DNA of 64,000 nucleotides from the NCBI GenBank assembly GCA_040285825.1, contig JAUPSS010000004.1, forward strand, positions 1,116,001 to 1,180,000, read 5' to 3'. The stretch's first letter is position 1. Each line of letters begins with the position of its first letter. The notes beneath the pieces were generated by a model. The model saw nothing but the letters and a program-made list of their open reading frames with translations. It had not been told where the DNA came from and searched no databases. The translations under genes were made by a program, and so were the position numbers. This stretch comes from Eukaryota sp. TZLM1-RC (taxonomy: Eukaryota > Protista > Metamonada: BaSk clade). Shown piece by piece: positions 38,820 to 51,694 of this stretch.

Positions 38820-39551
38820 ACCTAAGTCTGATTTATTACTCAATTGTTCAATGAATCTAATTGGTTGACAAATTCTATTATCGAACTCACATTCAGCATT
38901 TAAGATGGTGCGATGTTCGCGATCCAAATTAATATTAAAACCGTGCTCCGTGCGTAGCCCCAAGGTTTGTAATAAGTCTCTTCCGATCAAAAAATTATTG
39001 GTACCAGGAATGATCTGGAATTCTATCCTTAAAAACACTTGAGTGGCCAAGCTACCCTCATTTAGAGCAAGAACACCACTTGCACATCCCAGGGTCGTGG
39101 AGCGAATACCATTTGCCGATAAGTATTCGACAGTCTTATTGTCATTAACTGTCATATTACATTTAGAGGCTAAATCCATTGATAATGCTGAAAATGCAGC
39201 TCCATTATCAATTTCGCCTTGTACTTCCACGTTATTTATGGTGCAGGTAAACCAAAGTTCCCCGTTAGAACTTTCTTGGTCCTCTGCTACCCTGGATAGT
39301 CTAACACTGTGGATAGAACCCACAGGATTGGATGACTCTCTAAATCTTTTTAATGGATTTAGGTGATTATAATTCGAATCTGTTTTGCTCATTTTATAAA
39401 TGGATTTGATTGAATTATTTGTAAGGTTATTGTTAAAAGATGTATAATCATCTGATTTATTACTACTACTTTTACGTTTTCTATCACGTCTTTCACCTCC
39501 TTGACGCTTTTTTGAACCAGGTCTTCCCACTAATTTAAAACATTTCTCTTC
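38820..39551 (-). CDS. Gypsy aspartic protease segment
   Basis: GEIDNGAAFS (DNG variant of D[ST]G) and FLIGRDLL. Confidence 0.85.
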
Positions 39552-39841
39552 TTAACTAAAACTTTTTATTCAACAACAAATATGAAATACACAATTAAAA
39601 CTCCACATCCTCAAAACCTGCCTCCCCTACATCAAAACAATTAATCGCTAAAGATTCAGAAAATTTCCCAAAAGAAGATAGTGAATCAGAAATTAGTGTT
39701 ACCATTCCCTTAAAAATAGAAAATACAATCCTGTTTTGCCAGTAAACACGATTGAAAATTCTTCCAGTTCTTTCCTTTACAACTACAACAAAATCCTCAA
39801 GGAAAGCCATAGCAGCCTTACCTAGAGATCCAAGAAAGAAG
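39552..39841 (-). mobile_element. Family A 3' stub inside the Gag zinc knuckle
   Basis: TSD TTTCTCTTC at 39543-39551 and 39842-39850. Removal gives CNLCKTNKHPEEKC (CX2CX4HX4C). Confidence 0.92.
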
Positions 39842-42800
39842 TTTCTCTTCAGGATGTTTATTGGTTTTACATAAGTTACACCATTGCTCTGAAGGGATGG
39901 GTCGACTGCTTACTCTAGGGTTCTTAAAAGGACCTTTTGACTGGCTTCGTCCTTTTTGCGCAGGAGCGTGAGCACCAAAAGCTGTTCTTATCAAATTCAT
40001 GTCTTTGATCGAGGATTCAAGGCTATTGACCTTGTTAACAAATGCGTTACCTAAATCGTAAATCGCATCGCCCAGTTTCTCGTTACTTGAATCAAACTTG
40101 CCAATCCAAATGATATATGTGTCCATCAATTGATTGTTTGTATTGTCGTTAATAGTTTCGAGAAATCTCTTTGCTGGGTAGACGACAGACGGATTACCAT
40201 CCGTTCCAGGCATAATTGTAGAGCGTCGAATTATATATATGATCTGCTCCATGAAGGCTGTCCATGAAGATTCAGCAGTCATTTTGCGACTGATTGGCGT
40301 CAAACGCTTCATTTAACTTAACTAGGCATCTCAGTTTGTCGTCTATTCTTTTCCTCAATTTCTCCTCGTCTGTTACAGGAGTTCTATAAAGACCGAGGGT
40401 GTCGACGAGAGAATCTCTAGGAGCATTCGTTCCTAGGGGTTGCGTGGGTATAGATGATTTTATAACAGATGCTTGTGTAGGAGTTGCTTCACAAGAAGCT
40501 CTCCTAGATGCCAGAGGCCCTACAGAAGGTGTACTATATAGGTTCATATACCTCTCTTCTGAAGGCAATGTTTCGCCCAACTTTATGATAAATCTTGTCT
40601 TAGGAGGTTCCTCCTGTACAGGTACAGTCTGGGCTGGTGGCCTTAAATCCACCCAATCTGGTGCATCTTTAGATCCTCTAGGGACCCCTGCTAGTTTATG
40701 ATCATATGGAAGGCAACTGCTCTTTATTAAGACATTCTCAAAAACATTTTGGTCGGGCCAGCTATCAACCCATGCCTTAAGTTTAGCCATCCATGCATCA
40801 GGGTATACTAGTTTTAACTTGTTGGGGCCAACACGTTGCTCTTTCAATTCAATTACCCTTGTGCCTATTTCTCTAATATAGGACTCTTTGGTATGAAATT
40901 GAAGGGTGTCACCTCGAGATTCATCGAATCTGCCCCCAAGCATAATAAAAATGTCCGCAATGGAATCTTTTGGGTGTACATTCTCCACTAGGAAATGCCT
41001 TACGACGCCTCTAAGGTTTCTACCTTGTTGATTATGAGGGTACATCTAGAATTGGTTCCTCAAGAAATTGCCGATTCATATGAAAATATTGGGCTTCATC
41101 TTAATGCCAGCAAATGCCTTCTGATTGGCTCTTCTGCTCAAGACCTCGTGATAAACGATTCTATTGTCCCTTTTACTAATTATAGTAGTGATGCTTTTAA
41201 GTTCCTTGGTTGTTGGTTAGGAAATGTGCCTCAAATTCAGAATGAATTGCAAGTTATTTTGGAAAAAATGAAAATTGAACTTGATTCAATTTCTTCTTTA
41301 GATATAGAAAAGCATATTAAATTTTTCATGCTTAAAATTTGCTACACTGGGAAAATAACCCACATTTTGAGATCTTGTGCTCCTTCCATAACATTAGATT
41401 TTTGTCGTTCTTTTAATTCATTGAGAACAGAATTTTTTGCTGATTTATTGGATGTAGAACCAGGAATGTTGAAAAGCCATTTATTTTCTTCAGCAAATTT
41501 GGGTGGTATTGGTTTTACTAAATCTTCAATTTTGTGTCAATCAGCATTCTTGGGTGGTGGCAAAAATTTTATTTATGAATTTTCTCGTAGATTTCCTGAT
41601 GATTCTCATCTGTTAGTCCCCAATTGTAGTCCCTATTTGTATGAGTTATCTTGTGAACTTGAAAAATTACCGCCACAAATTTGGACCAAATGTTTTCCTC
41701 AATCAATTCAAGAAATTCCAAACCGATCTCTATTTAATTTACAGTTTTGCTGTAAAAAGCTTCAACAAAAATTGTCAAAGATTTTTGAAAGCTTGGATTT
41801 TGATGTTAGACTTGGCTTGGCCAAGAAAAAGAATCCCGCTTTTGCAAATCTTTTACAAGATATGTGTGACAGTACTTCTTCTGCCTTAGTAACAACAATT
41901 CCACAAGTTTATGGTACTCTCTTATCCGATTCTGCTTGGACTCTGAATATGAGATTTCGTTCCTTTATCTGGCCTGATAATTTACCTCATAATTTAATTT
42001 GTAAATGTTCTCGAGAAATTACAACTACTCATTTGTTAAATTGTAAACATTTTATTACTTTTAGAAGCAAGGTTCATGATGCTGTAAGAGACCAGTTATA
42101 TTGTATGTGTAAATCTCATAGAATTGAATCCTTCTTGGAACCTCTGTTGTCAAATCTGTTTGATGCTGAAAATGATTTTCATAAGAATAATAGAGGTGAT
42201 GTCATATTACCTGGATTAGATGGAAGCTTCATTTTATTGGATGTAATGTCTGTTGATCCTTGTAATGCCTCAAATGAAAGGCTTGTTAATTCTGAAATTC
42301 ATAATCCCCTTTCAAATGCTGAAAATTTTAAATTCAAAAAATACAATGAACCTTTGTCCAAATTGGCCAGTTTACAGCATGCAAAATACAATTTGTATCC
42401 ATTTGTATTTTCCCTTTTTGGTTCACTTGCACCAACTGCTTTACCTTTTTTGGATGATTTTGAAATGATTGTAAAGAGAAGAACTGGCAGAAATTTCAAC
42501 AGATTGTTTTGGCAAAATAGAATTGTGTTTTCTATTCTTAAGGGGAGGTTGAAGATGGTTTCTGATGCTTTGCTTTCTCTTGGATCTCACTATGAGAGAG
42601 TTGCATCTAGTGTTTTTGTTTTGGGAGAGATGGATTTTTTAGATGTTGATTTATAGGTTTAGAATAAAATTAAATTTTAAAAAAAAAGGGTACATCTTAG
42701 CTATCCAAAATAGTCTGTCGTAAGCTTCTTGATTTCCACTGAAATATATTTTGTGGTCATCAATTGCATCCCTATGCCATTTGGCAGGCCTGGGAGTAGC

Positions 42801-43889
42801 AGCTTGATACTTTGAACGAGGTGCGTTAAAATAGCAATCCTCGACTGCACTCATTCCACACGAGACTGCCGAATCGGTAAGATCATCCAATCTCTTCAAA
42901 AGATTTGGACTCTGATCATAACTCTCGTAGACGACATCGTCAAGTGTTTTGCCGTGGGCTTCCCCAAAGAGGAAGGGCCAACGTTTCGCTAAATAGTCAC
43001 GTCGGACCTTCTCACATTCGGCTGGGTCTACGTCTCCCGCAAGACGCTCTGACTCATTCTCAGCCATTTTTAATAATTCGTCATCACTCCAATCCAATAC
43101 ATCTTCGGGAGGATTGGCGATGAGGTCCAATAAGAAATCTCTAGTTACAGCCTCAACTGCCTTTGCTAATTTCCTTCGGTAAAAACCCTGAGAAGTCCTT
43201 TCCGTAGATGGGAAACTAGGAGTTGGATTAGGAGGATTGGGTGTATGAGGTGGTTCATCATCGCTCTCATCCCCTCTCCTGCTGTAGTTCTGATTAAGAG
43301 ATCCTCTGGAATCACTTTGAGGTTCCTCACTTGAGCTGATGTCAGAAGTAGGTGAGGAGGGAGTTTTATGTGAGGAGCTAGTCGTAGACTGTTGCTCGCC
43401 TTCGCCTCCTTCACCTTCTGTACAAGCGTCAGATTTATTACTTACAACAAACGCTTTGAATCTCCGTTGCTCGCTCGGAGTGAGAAAACTCTTCCTACAA
43501 GGAAGGAGCTCCGAGGGGTTATTGGGATATGTGTACAGTTCTGTTACATCCATATCGTGGTTACCTCTCTCCTTATTAGGGAGGTGACTTCCTTTCTGGG
43601 AGGAAAGGCTCTCCTCAGCGTGAAGTTCACTCTCCTTATTGGGGAGGTGGCTTTCTTTCTGAGAGGCAAGGCTCTTCTCAGCGGAAAGCTCACTCTCCTT
43701 AGGAGGATTACTCTTCCCGAAGGAAGGATTACTCACCGTGGATGGTGGATTACTCACCGTGGATGGTGGATTACTCACCGTGGATGGTGGATTGTTCTCC
43801 TTCAACGAAGGGACATTACTCTTCCTCAAAGAGGAAGGAGGGTTATCATTGTGGCTTTTCAGGCCATTAATTAATGATGCTTTATCCAT
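39842..43889 (-). CDS. Gypsy Gag (>800 aa), interrupted by B, with a 1-nt frame change near 40312
   Basis: WIAKMYP|HNQQ rejoins across the TSD; ends in the CCHC knuckle. Confidence 0.82.
41048..42686 (+). mobile_element. Family B, 5'-truncated
   Basis: TSD AGGGTACATCT at 41037-41047 and 42687-42697. Confidence 0.93.
43570..43793 (-). repeat. Coding repeats in Gag: 21 bp x3 (STVSNPP) and 63 bp x2
   Basis: ggattactcaccgtggatggt x3 at 43726-43788; KESELxAExSLxSQKxSHLPN x2. Confidence 0.9.
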
Positions 43890-44010
43890 ATATGATAACA
43901 AAGAATAAGGAATAATTTATTAGAATTTCACCGGCCCTTATAAAGGCCATCACTAGTGAACTATGTTATATAAATATAAATGTACTAGACTAATTGTCCA
44001 CAGTACAACA
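43875..44010 (-). repeat. 5' LTR, 136 bp
   Basis: TGTTGTAC...AAGCATCA, containing TATA-like sequence and AATAAA. Confidence 0.9.
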
Positions 44011-44573
44011 CCTGTGACTGATGAAACTGTAAATCAATTAGTAGATCTGCATCCAGCTGAATTTCTTAATTTGGATAAACCACCTCTCCTCCTCAACCTC
44101 TTCTCTCTTCATTTTTGGACAAAAAAAATTCTGATCAAGAATTTTTAGATAATCACGATGAAAAAAAAGTTTGTTCAAAAACAAAGCCACGCTCCTACAG
44201 ATGCTCAAAGTGTCGACAACAGGGACATAATGCTCGAACATGCCCCAATGTTGGAAAAAATGATGCGGCAAATTCTGAAACAAAATGTAAAAGAAAATTT
44301 ATTAGAAGGAAAGAGTCTAAGGTAGAACCCATAAATAATGCTCCACAAGTTGTTGCAAAACCAGTTAGCAATCGATTGAAGCACAAAACTTGCAACACTT
44401 GTGGTATTTCTTTTAGAAAAAATGCAAAAGGAAAAACTTCTGATCGCTGCTTGAAATGCCGCATAGTTGATAACTACCATCCTCCCATAAGAATACCTCA
44501 AGAAATTCATCCGACCAAATGCAATGAATTTGCTTTCGTTTTTCAAAGATTTTTGGATCAATTATGTAAAGGA

Positions 44574-45979
44574 GGTTTTTTATTTTAAAAATTTGTTATT
44601 CTGGAAAATTCACTCATATTTTAAGGTCAACTCCCCCATCGGTATCTCTCAATTTTTGCAGATCTTTTAACAAACTTCGAGTCAAATTTTTTTCTTCTTT
44701 ATTAGAAGTAAATGAATCTTTAATTCGAAGTCATGTATTTTGTTCAGCAGATTTGGGTGGAATTGGATTCACCAAATCTTCGATTCTGTGTAAAGCAGCA
44801 TTTTTGGGAGGTGGTAAAAATTTTGTTTTTGAATTTTTCCAAAGGTTCCCTTTTGATGTTCATCTGATCAATGGTGAATCAAATTTTTACTTGAATCAAC
44901 TGCAATTTGAATTAGAAAATTTGCCTAGTGATATCTGGATTCAGTGTTTTCCTCAAAATGTTCAAGAAATTCCCACCCGATCACTTCCAAATTTACGTTT
45001 TTGCTTGAAAAAGCTTCAGCACCATCTGGTTAAATTATATGAAGGCTTGGATTATGAAGTAAGACTTGGCTTGGCCAAAACTAAAAATCCCGCTTTCGGT
45101 AATTTTTTAAAGGATATTCGTGATAGTTCAGCTGCTGCTTTAGTAACTCAAGTTCCCTCTGTTTATGGACTTTTGTTAAAAAACAATGAATGGCTTCTAA
45201 ACATGCGTTTTCGTTGTTTTCTGTGGCCAAACAATTTGCCCAATCATTTAACTTGTAAATGTGGTAAACCTCTTTTGTTTACTCATCTTTTGAACTGCAA
45301 ACATTTCATTACGTTTAGAAGCAAAGTGCATAATAACGTCAGGGACCAAATTTATGTAATGTGCAAATCATATCGAGTAGATTCCTTTTTAGAACCGCTG
45401 TTATCAAAATTAATTCTTGATGATCCCAATATTGATAGTATGCGTTACAACAGAGCTTCTATGGGTCTGACTAGAGGTGATCTAGTTGTTCCTGGTTTAA
45501 ATGGTAGTTTTACTATTTTGGACGCCATGTCTATTGACCCTTGTAATTCCTCTAACGAACATCTCATTAACTCGGATGTAAATAATCCTCTTCTTGCAGG
45601 CGAAAAATATAAAATTGCTAAATATGCGAAACCCATTTCCTCGGTTAATGAAAATTCTCATGCCCAATATAATTTATGTCCATTTGTTTTTTCTTTGCTT
45701 GGATCTCTAGGTAAGGCTGCTATGGCTTTCCTCGAGGATTTTGTTGTAGTTGTAAAGGAAAGAACTGGAAGAATTTTCAATCGTGTTTACTGGCAAAACA
45801 GGGTTGTATTTTCTATTTTTAAGGGAATGGTAAAACTAATTTCTGATTCACTATCTTCTTTTGGGAAATTTTCTGAATCTTTAGCAATTAATTGTTTTGA
45901 TGTAGGGGAGGCAGGTTTTGAGGATGTGGAGTTTTAATTGTGAATTTCATATTTGTTGTTGAATAAAAAGTTTTTTGTA
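44574..45979 (+). mobile_element. Family A, 5'-truncated
   Basis: TSD AATTATGTAAAGGA at 44560-44573 and 45980-45993. Confidence 0.93.
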
Positions 45980-47403
45980 AATTATGTAAAGGAAAGTATG
46001 CTATCAATATTATTTGGGAATTTTTTGGTTCTTTTTGTCCTCCTTTTGAACAAAATTTCGTTAGTAATTCCGAAGATTTAACCAATATAGCACCGAGAAA
46101 TCAGTCATCCGAGAAATTAAGTAAAATTTTTGAAGACAAATGCTTTGACAACAAATGGTCCAAGGCTTTGTCAGCTTTAAGTCCCGGAGTCAAAGCACCG
46201 AACAATGAAAATACAGTAGATAAACTGAAAATACTTCATCCTTATGAAGACCCTGTTATGGATCAAAATTTTTACGGCACATACTGGGAAAATTATCCAT
46301 TGATGCCATCAGAAGTTTTTTCGGTTATCAAAAAGAGACCTCGTGGTAAGTCTGCCGGACTTTCTGGTATTACTATTGATCATGTAAAAGCCGCGATTAT
46401 TTCTTCAGAAGATTGCCTTGGTTTATTGACCAAATTTTTCAACCAAATATTATCTGGTCAACGCAAGTACCCAGAAGAATTAAGAAGTTCTCGTTTGACT
46501 GCACTTGTCAAAAATTCAAAAATGGATGTTCGTCCTATTGCAGTCTCTGAGAGCTTACATAATATTTTTTTCTGCGTGTTGCTTAAGCAGGTTCAATGAA
46601 AAAGCTAAAAAGATTTTATTACCCTTTCAATATGGTATAAATACTACAGATGGAGTCTCTTCAGCGATTTTTGCTACTGATGTCTTATTTCGTCAAAATG
46701 AATCCAATGTTTGCATGTCATTGGATTTTAGTAATGCTTTCAATTCGCTAAGTCGTCGCAGTATCCATGGTGCTCTATTGCAATATATGCCAGAATTAAT
46801 ACCATATTTTCAATCAACATATTGCACATATTCTAATTTACATTTTGGTAACAACATTTTGATTTCATCAAGTGGCGTAAAGCAAGGAGATCCGTTAGGA
46901 CCTCTTTTGTTTTGTTTGGCCATTCATCCTATTCTACTGCAAATTCAAGAGATGTTTCCTTCACTAAAAATGATTGCATATATGGATGATGTTGTGCTGA
47001 TTGGTGAATTAAATATTGTGAAAAAAGCAACTGTATGTTTTAAAGAATTATTTACCAAAATTGGTCTCCGACTTAATTTACTTAAATGTGTTTTGTTATC
47101 GAATTCTCCAGTTTCCACAATAATTGATGATATTGAAATTCAAGCCAAATTATATTCAATTGATGCTATTCGTCATTTGGGTTCGTTTTTAGGAAATAAT
47201 GATGAAATTACCAAAAAATTGTTTGAAAAGTTGAACTCAATTTCTGACAAAATTGACCGAATGATGAATTTAGATATAAAAAAACACATCAAATTTACCA
47301 TTATAAGACTGTGTTTTAGTTCCAATTTTAATCATATATTTCGATCTACAAATCCTCTCGTCACTAGACCTTTGGCTCAAAAGTTTAATGAGTTACGTGC
47401 AAA

Positions 47404-49832
47404 TGAAAATGATTTTCATAAGAATAATAGAGGTGATGTCATATTACCTGGATTAGATGGAAGCTTCATTTTATTGGATGTAATGTCTGTTGATCCTTGT
47501 AATGCCTCAAATGAAAGGCTTGTTAATTCTGAAATTCATAATCCCCTTTCAAATGCTGAAAATTTTAAATTCAAAAAATACAATGAACCTTTGTCCAAAT
47601 TGGCCAGTCTACAGCATGCAAAATACAATTTGTATCCATTTGTATTTTCCCTTTTTGGTTCACTTGCACCAACTGCTTTACGTTTTTTGGATGATTTTGA
47701 AATGATTGTAAAGAGAAGAACTGGCAGAAATTTCAACAGATTGTTTTGGCAAAATAGAATTGTGTTCTCTATTTTTAAGGGGATGTTGAAGATGGTTTCT
47801 GATGCTTTGCTTTCTCTTGGATCTCACTATGAGAGAGTTGCATCTAGTGTTTTTGTTTTGGGAGAGATGGATTTTTTAGATGTTGATTTATAGGTTTAGA
47901 ATAAAATTTTTGAAGTTATTAAATCTGACTTTCCTGAGCTATCGAGTTTTTTCTACCATTTTTATGGGAAAGAATCAGATTTAATTTTTAATTCATTTGG
48001 TCTTAAATCATCTTCTGGAGTGAAGCAGGGAGATCCTTTAGGCCCATTATTGTTTTGTTTAGCTATTCACAAAACTTTAAATATCATTAAGCAAAAATAC
48101 CCTTCTATAAAAATAGTTGCTTATATGGATGATATATCCTTGATTGGTTCATTTGATTTACTAGAATTGGTTGCTCAAGAAATTGCCGATTCATATGAAA
48201 ATATTGGGCTTCATCTTAATGCCAGCAAATGTCTTCTGATTGGCTCTTCTGCTCAAGACCTCGTGATAAACGATTCTATTGTCCCTTTTACTAATTACAG
48301 TAGTGATGCTTTTAAGTTCCTTGGTTGTTGGTTAGGAAATGTGCCTCAAATTCAGAATGAATTGCAAGTTATTTTGGAAAAAATGAAAATTGAACTTGAT
48401 TCAATTTCTTCTTTAGATATAGAAAAGCATATTAAATTTTTCATGCTTAAAATTTGCTACACTGGGAGAATAACCCACATTTTGAGATCTTGTGCTCCTT
48501 CCATAGCATTAGATTTTTGTCGTTCTTTTAATTCATTGAGAACAGAATTTTTTGCTGATTTATTGGATGTAGAACCAGGAATGTTGAAAAGCCATTTATT
48601 TTCTTCAGCAAATTTGGGTGGTATTGGTTTTACTAAATCTTCAATTTTGTGTCAATCAGCATTCTTGGGTGGTGGCAAAAATTTTATTTATGAATTTTCT
48701 CGTAGATTTCCTGATGATTCTCATCTGTTAGTCCCCAATTGTAGTCCCTATTTGTATGAGTTATCTTGTGAACTTGAAAAATTACCGCCACAAATTTGGA
48801 CCAAATGTTTTCCTCAATCAATTCAAGAAATTCCAAACCGATCTCTATATAATTTACAGTTTTGCTGTAAAAAGCTTCAACAAAAATTGTCAAAGATTTT
48901 TGAAAGCTTGGATTTTGATGTTAGACTTGGCTTGGCCAAGAAAAAGAATCCCGCTTTTGCAAATCTTTTTACAAGATATGTGTGACAGTACTTCTTCTGC
49001 CTTAGTAACAACAATTCCACAAGTTTATGGTACTCTCTTATCCGATTCTGCTTGGACTCTGAATATGAGATTTCGTTCCTTTATCTGGCCTGATAATTTA
49101 CCTCATAATTTAATTTGTAAATGTTCTCGAGAAATTACAACTACTCATTTGTTAAATTGTAAACATTTTATTACTTTTAGAAGCAAGGTTCATGATGCTG
49201 TAAGAGACCAGTTATATTGTATGTGTAAATCTCATAGAATTGAATCCTTCTTGGAACCTCTGTTGTCAAATCTGTTTGATGCTGAAAATGATTTTCATAA
49301 GAATAATAGAGGTGATGTCATATTACCTGGATTAGATGGAAGCTTCATTTTATTGGATGTAATGTCTGTTGATCCTTGTAATGCCTCAAATGAAAGGCTT
49401 GTTAATTCTGAAATTCATAATCCCCTTTCAAATGCTGAAAATTTTAAATTCAAAAAATACAATGAACCTTTGTCCAAATTGGCCAGTCTACAGCATGCAA
49501 AATACAATTTGTATCCATTTGTATTTTCCCTTTTGGTTCACTTGCACCAACTGCTTTACGTTTTTTGGATGATTTTGAAATGATTGTAAAGAGAAGAACT
49601 GGGAGAAATTTCAACAAATTGTTTTGGCAAAATAGAATTGTGTTTTCTATTTTTAAGGGGATGTTGAAGATGGTTTCTGATGCTTTGCTTTCTCTTGGAT
49701 CTCACTATGAGAGAGTTGCATCTAGTGTTTTTGTTTTTGGGAGAGATGGATTTTTTAGATGTTGATTTATAGGTTTCGAATAAAATTAAATTTAAAAAAA
49801 AAAAAAAATAAAATTAAATTTAAAAAAAAAAA
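47404..49832 (+). mobile_element. Two tandem family B copies (47404-47906, 47907-49832) within one TSD pair
   Basis: TSD AGTTACGTGCAAA at 47391-47403 and 49833-49845. Confidence 0.9.
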
Positions 49833-50849
49833 AGTTACGTGCAAAAGTTCTGTCTCAATTACTGGGATGTAAAATGTTTCAAATTCCAGATCATGCTTAC
49901 CTTAGTCCACAATATGGTGGTTTAGGGTGGACGAAGGCTTCTATTCTTACCTCGTGTGCTTTTGTTGGTGGATGCAGAAATGCAATCTTTGAGTTCTCCG
50001 AAAGATTTGCAGATTGGGAAGATTTATTGATGACAACGCAAAGTTCCACTGTTTTTGCATTAAATGAAGAAATTTCAAGAATTGATGTAGAAAAATGGGG
50101 TCGATGTTTTCCCCAATCATTCAATGGCAATATTCCAGAAAAAAATGTTTTAAATTTGAAGTACACTCTTCGAACATTACAGAAAAGATTGACTGGAATG
50201 TATGAAAAAGATCTTTATAATAATATTTGCAGCTCGGCTGTTTTAAATCAAGATCTTCACTCATTGTTATTGGAAAAGGGTGTTTGTGAAAACAAGGTGT
50301 CAGATTCTTCACTTTTTGTAACCATTGTACCACGAAGATTTGGATTGTGTGCTACTAATGAAGCATTTGTAACAAAAATGAGATTATATTTGAACATCCC
50401 CATTAACCAATTATTATCAAAAGAAAAATGTATTTGTTCGAATTCACCTCAACTCACTTTGCGCCATGCTCTAAATTGCTCTAAATTGATAACTTATCGT
50501 TCTTCATTACATGATGCTGTTAGAGACACTGTTTTCAATATGGCACAAACTGCAAGGATATCGTGTATCAAAGAGCCCCTGCTGAAAGAAACACTTTCTC
50601 TGAATAATTTTGGTTCTGATGATAGAGGTGATGTATACTGTGATTGGATTGATAATTCTGAAGCTATTGTTGACTTTGTCTCATGTAATGTTGCAAACGA
50701 TACTTTGGTTCACAGAAGAAAACTTAATCCTGTGGCTGCTCTGGATTTTAAAGCAAAAGAAAAACATAGAAAATATGATAAAGAAATTGAAGATGCAAAT
50801 ATCGATAGAAATACACAGCTGGTTTTTATTGCTTTTCCATTTTCGATAA

Positions 50850-50939
50850 GTGTTCTAGTGTTTTTGTTCTGGGAGAGATGGATTTTTTAGATGTTGATTT
50901 ATAGGTTTTGAATAAAATTAAAATTTTGGTAAAAAAAAA
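50850..50939 (+). mobile_element. Family B 3' stub
   Basis: TSD TTTCGATAA at 50841-50849 and 50940-50948. Confidence 0.88.
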
Positions 50940-51694
50940 TTTCGATAAATGGAAGATTATCAGTTGAAGCAGAAACTTTTTTGGATGACTTCCAAAAAAT
51001 GGTGAAAGAAAAAACAATGAAAAGATTTGATATTTTTTTATGGCGTTCACGGATTCAATTTGCCATTATTAATAGATTACCGCGGTTTTTCAATCGAATT
51101 AGAGAAGCTTTAGCTAGACAGCAAGCAAATCAAGATTTTGTAGAGGAAATCTTGGTTTAATGATAGTCGTCCCATTAGTTATGATTTAATTTAATCAAGT
51201 GTGCAAATTCAATAAATTAAAATAAACCATCTGCTTCACAATTTTGGAAACAAAATCCACTTTCTGAAAAAGAAGTTGAAACTGCCATTTTTCGTCTTCC
51301 ATCTGGAAAAGCTCCAGGTCCATCTGGAATAACTTTTGATATGCTGAAATCTGTGTGCCGGGTTCTGTGACCTTGTCCACACAATGGAGTAATCATCATC
51401 AGTTTGAAAACCCAAGTGGGCTTGTTCAATACCAGCTTTGAAATCTTGCACTGCGGTAGCTACCACCTGGAACTTTTCATTATTTAAAACATAAAAGAAA
51501 TCATCCTCTAGGGGACGACGGGGAGAAAACTCAACTGTAGAAAAGTCTGTTGACTGAATGGAGAGCAGGAGTGAAGCTGAAAAATGTGGTTTTTCTGGAT
51601 TGTAGTAGATTGACCTTGGTGTTCTCAGATGTTCTGCAAGGTTTTTCCTTGATCTAATCTCTCCAGTCTTGATTTGTATCTGCAGTACTCCAAG

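Larger units (their letters stand above)
13860..44010 (-). mobile_element. Ty3/Gypsy LTR retrotransposon (~6.4 kb of own sequence) with four TSD-bounded non-LTR insertions
   Basis: TG...CA termini, matching LTRs and TSD CCTG at 13856-13859 and 44011-44014. Order gag-PR-RT-RH-IN after removing the insertions. Confidence 0.93.
44083..51221 (+). mobile_element. Family C, full length (44083-44573, 45980-47403, 49833-50849, 50940-51221)
   Basis: Pyrimidine-rich leader, CSKCRQQGHNARTC, RT (RPIAVSE, YMDD), RLE and UTR. TSD ATAAACCA at 44075-44082 and 51222-51229. Confidence 0.9.
7817..51361 (+). mobile_element. Family D 5' third, split into 7817-8200, 13379-13859, 44011-44082 and 51222-51361
   Basis: The pieces are colinear with the intact D at 54479-57796. 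Each gap is TSD-bounded (ACTGCCGCTGCT; CCTG; ATAAACCA). Confidence 0.9.

Noticed and set aside
38795-38825. Telomeric repeat (TTTAGG-like)
   Set aside because: Only 2-3 irregular units, derived from the B stop/UTR sequence.
44083-44170. Non-AUG (TTG) start for family C
   Set aside because: An ATG in cgATG context at 44158 precedes an A8 run. One extra A would put it in frame, so a single copy cannot support the claim.
46505-47893. Long hybrid ORFs (C::B here; also 40995-42656 and 33407-33865) as real genes
   Set aside because: They are chance in-frame read-through across insertion junctions.
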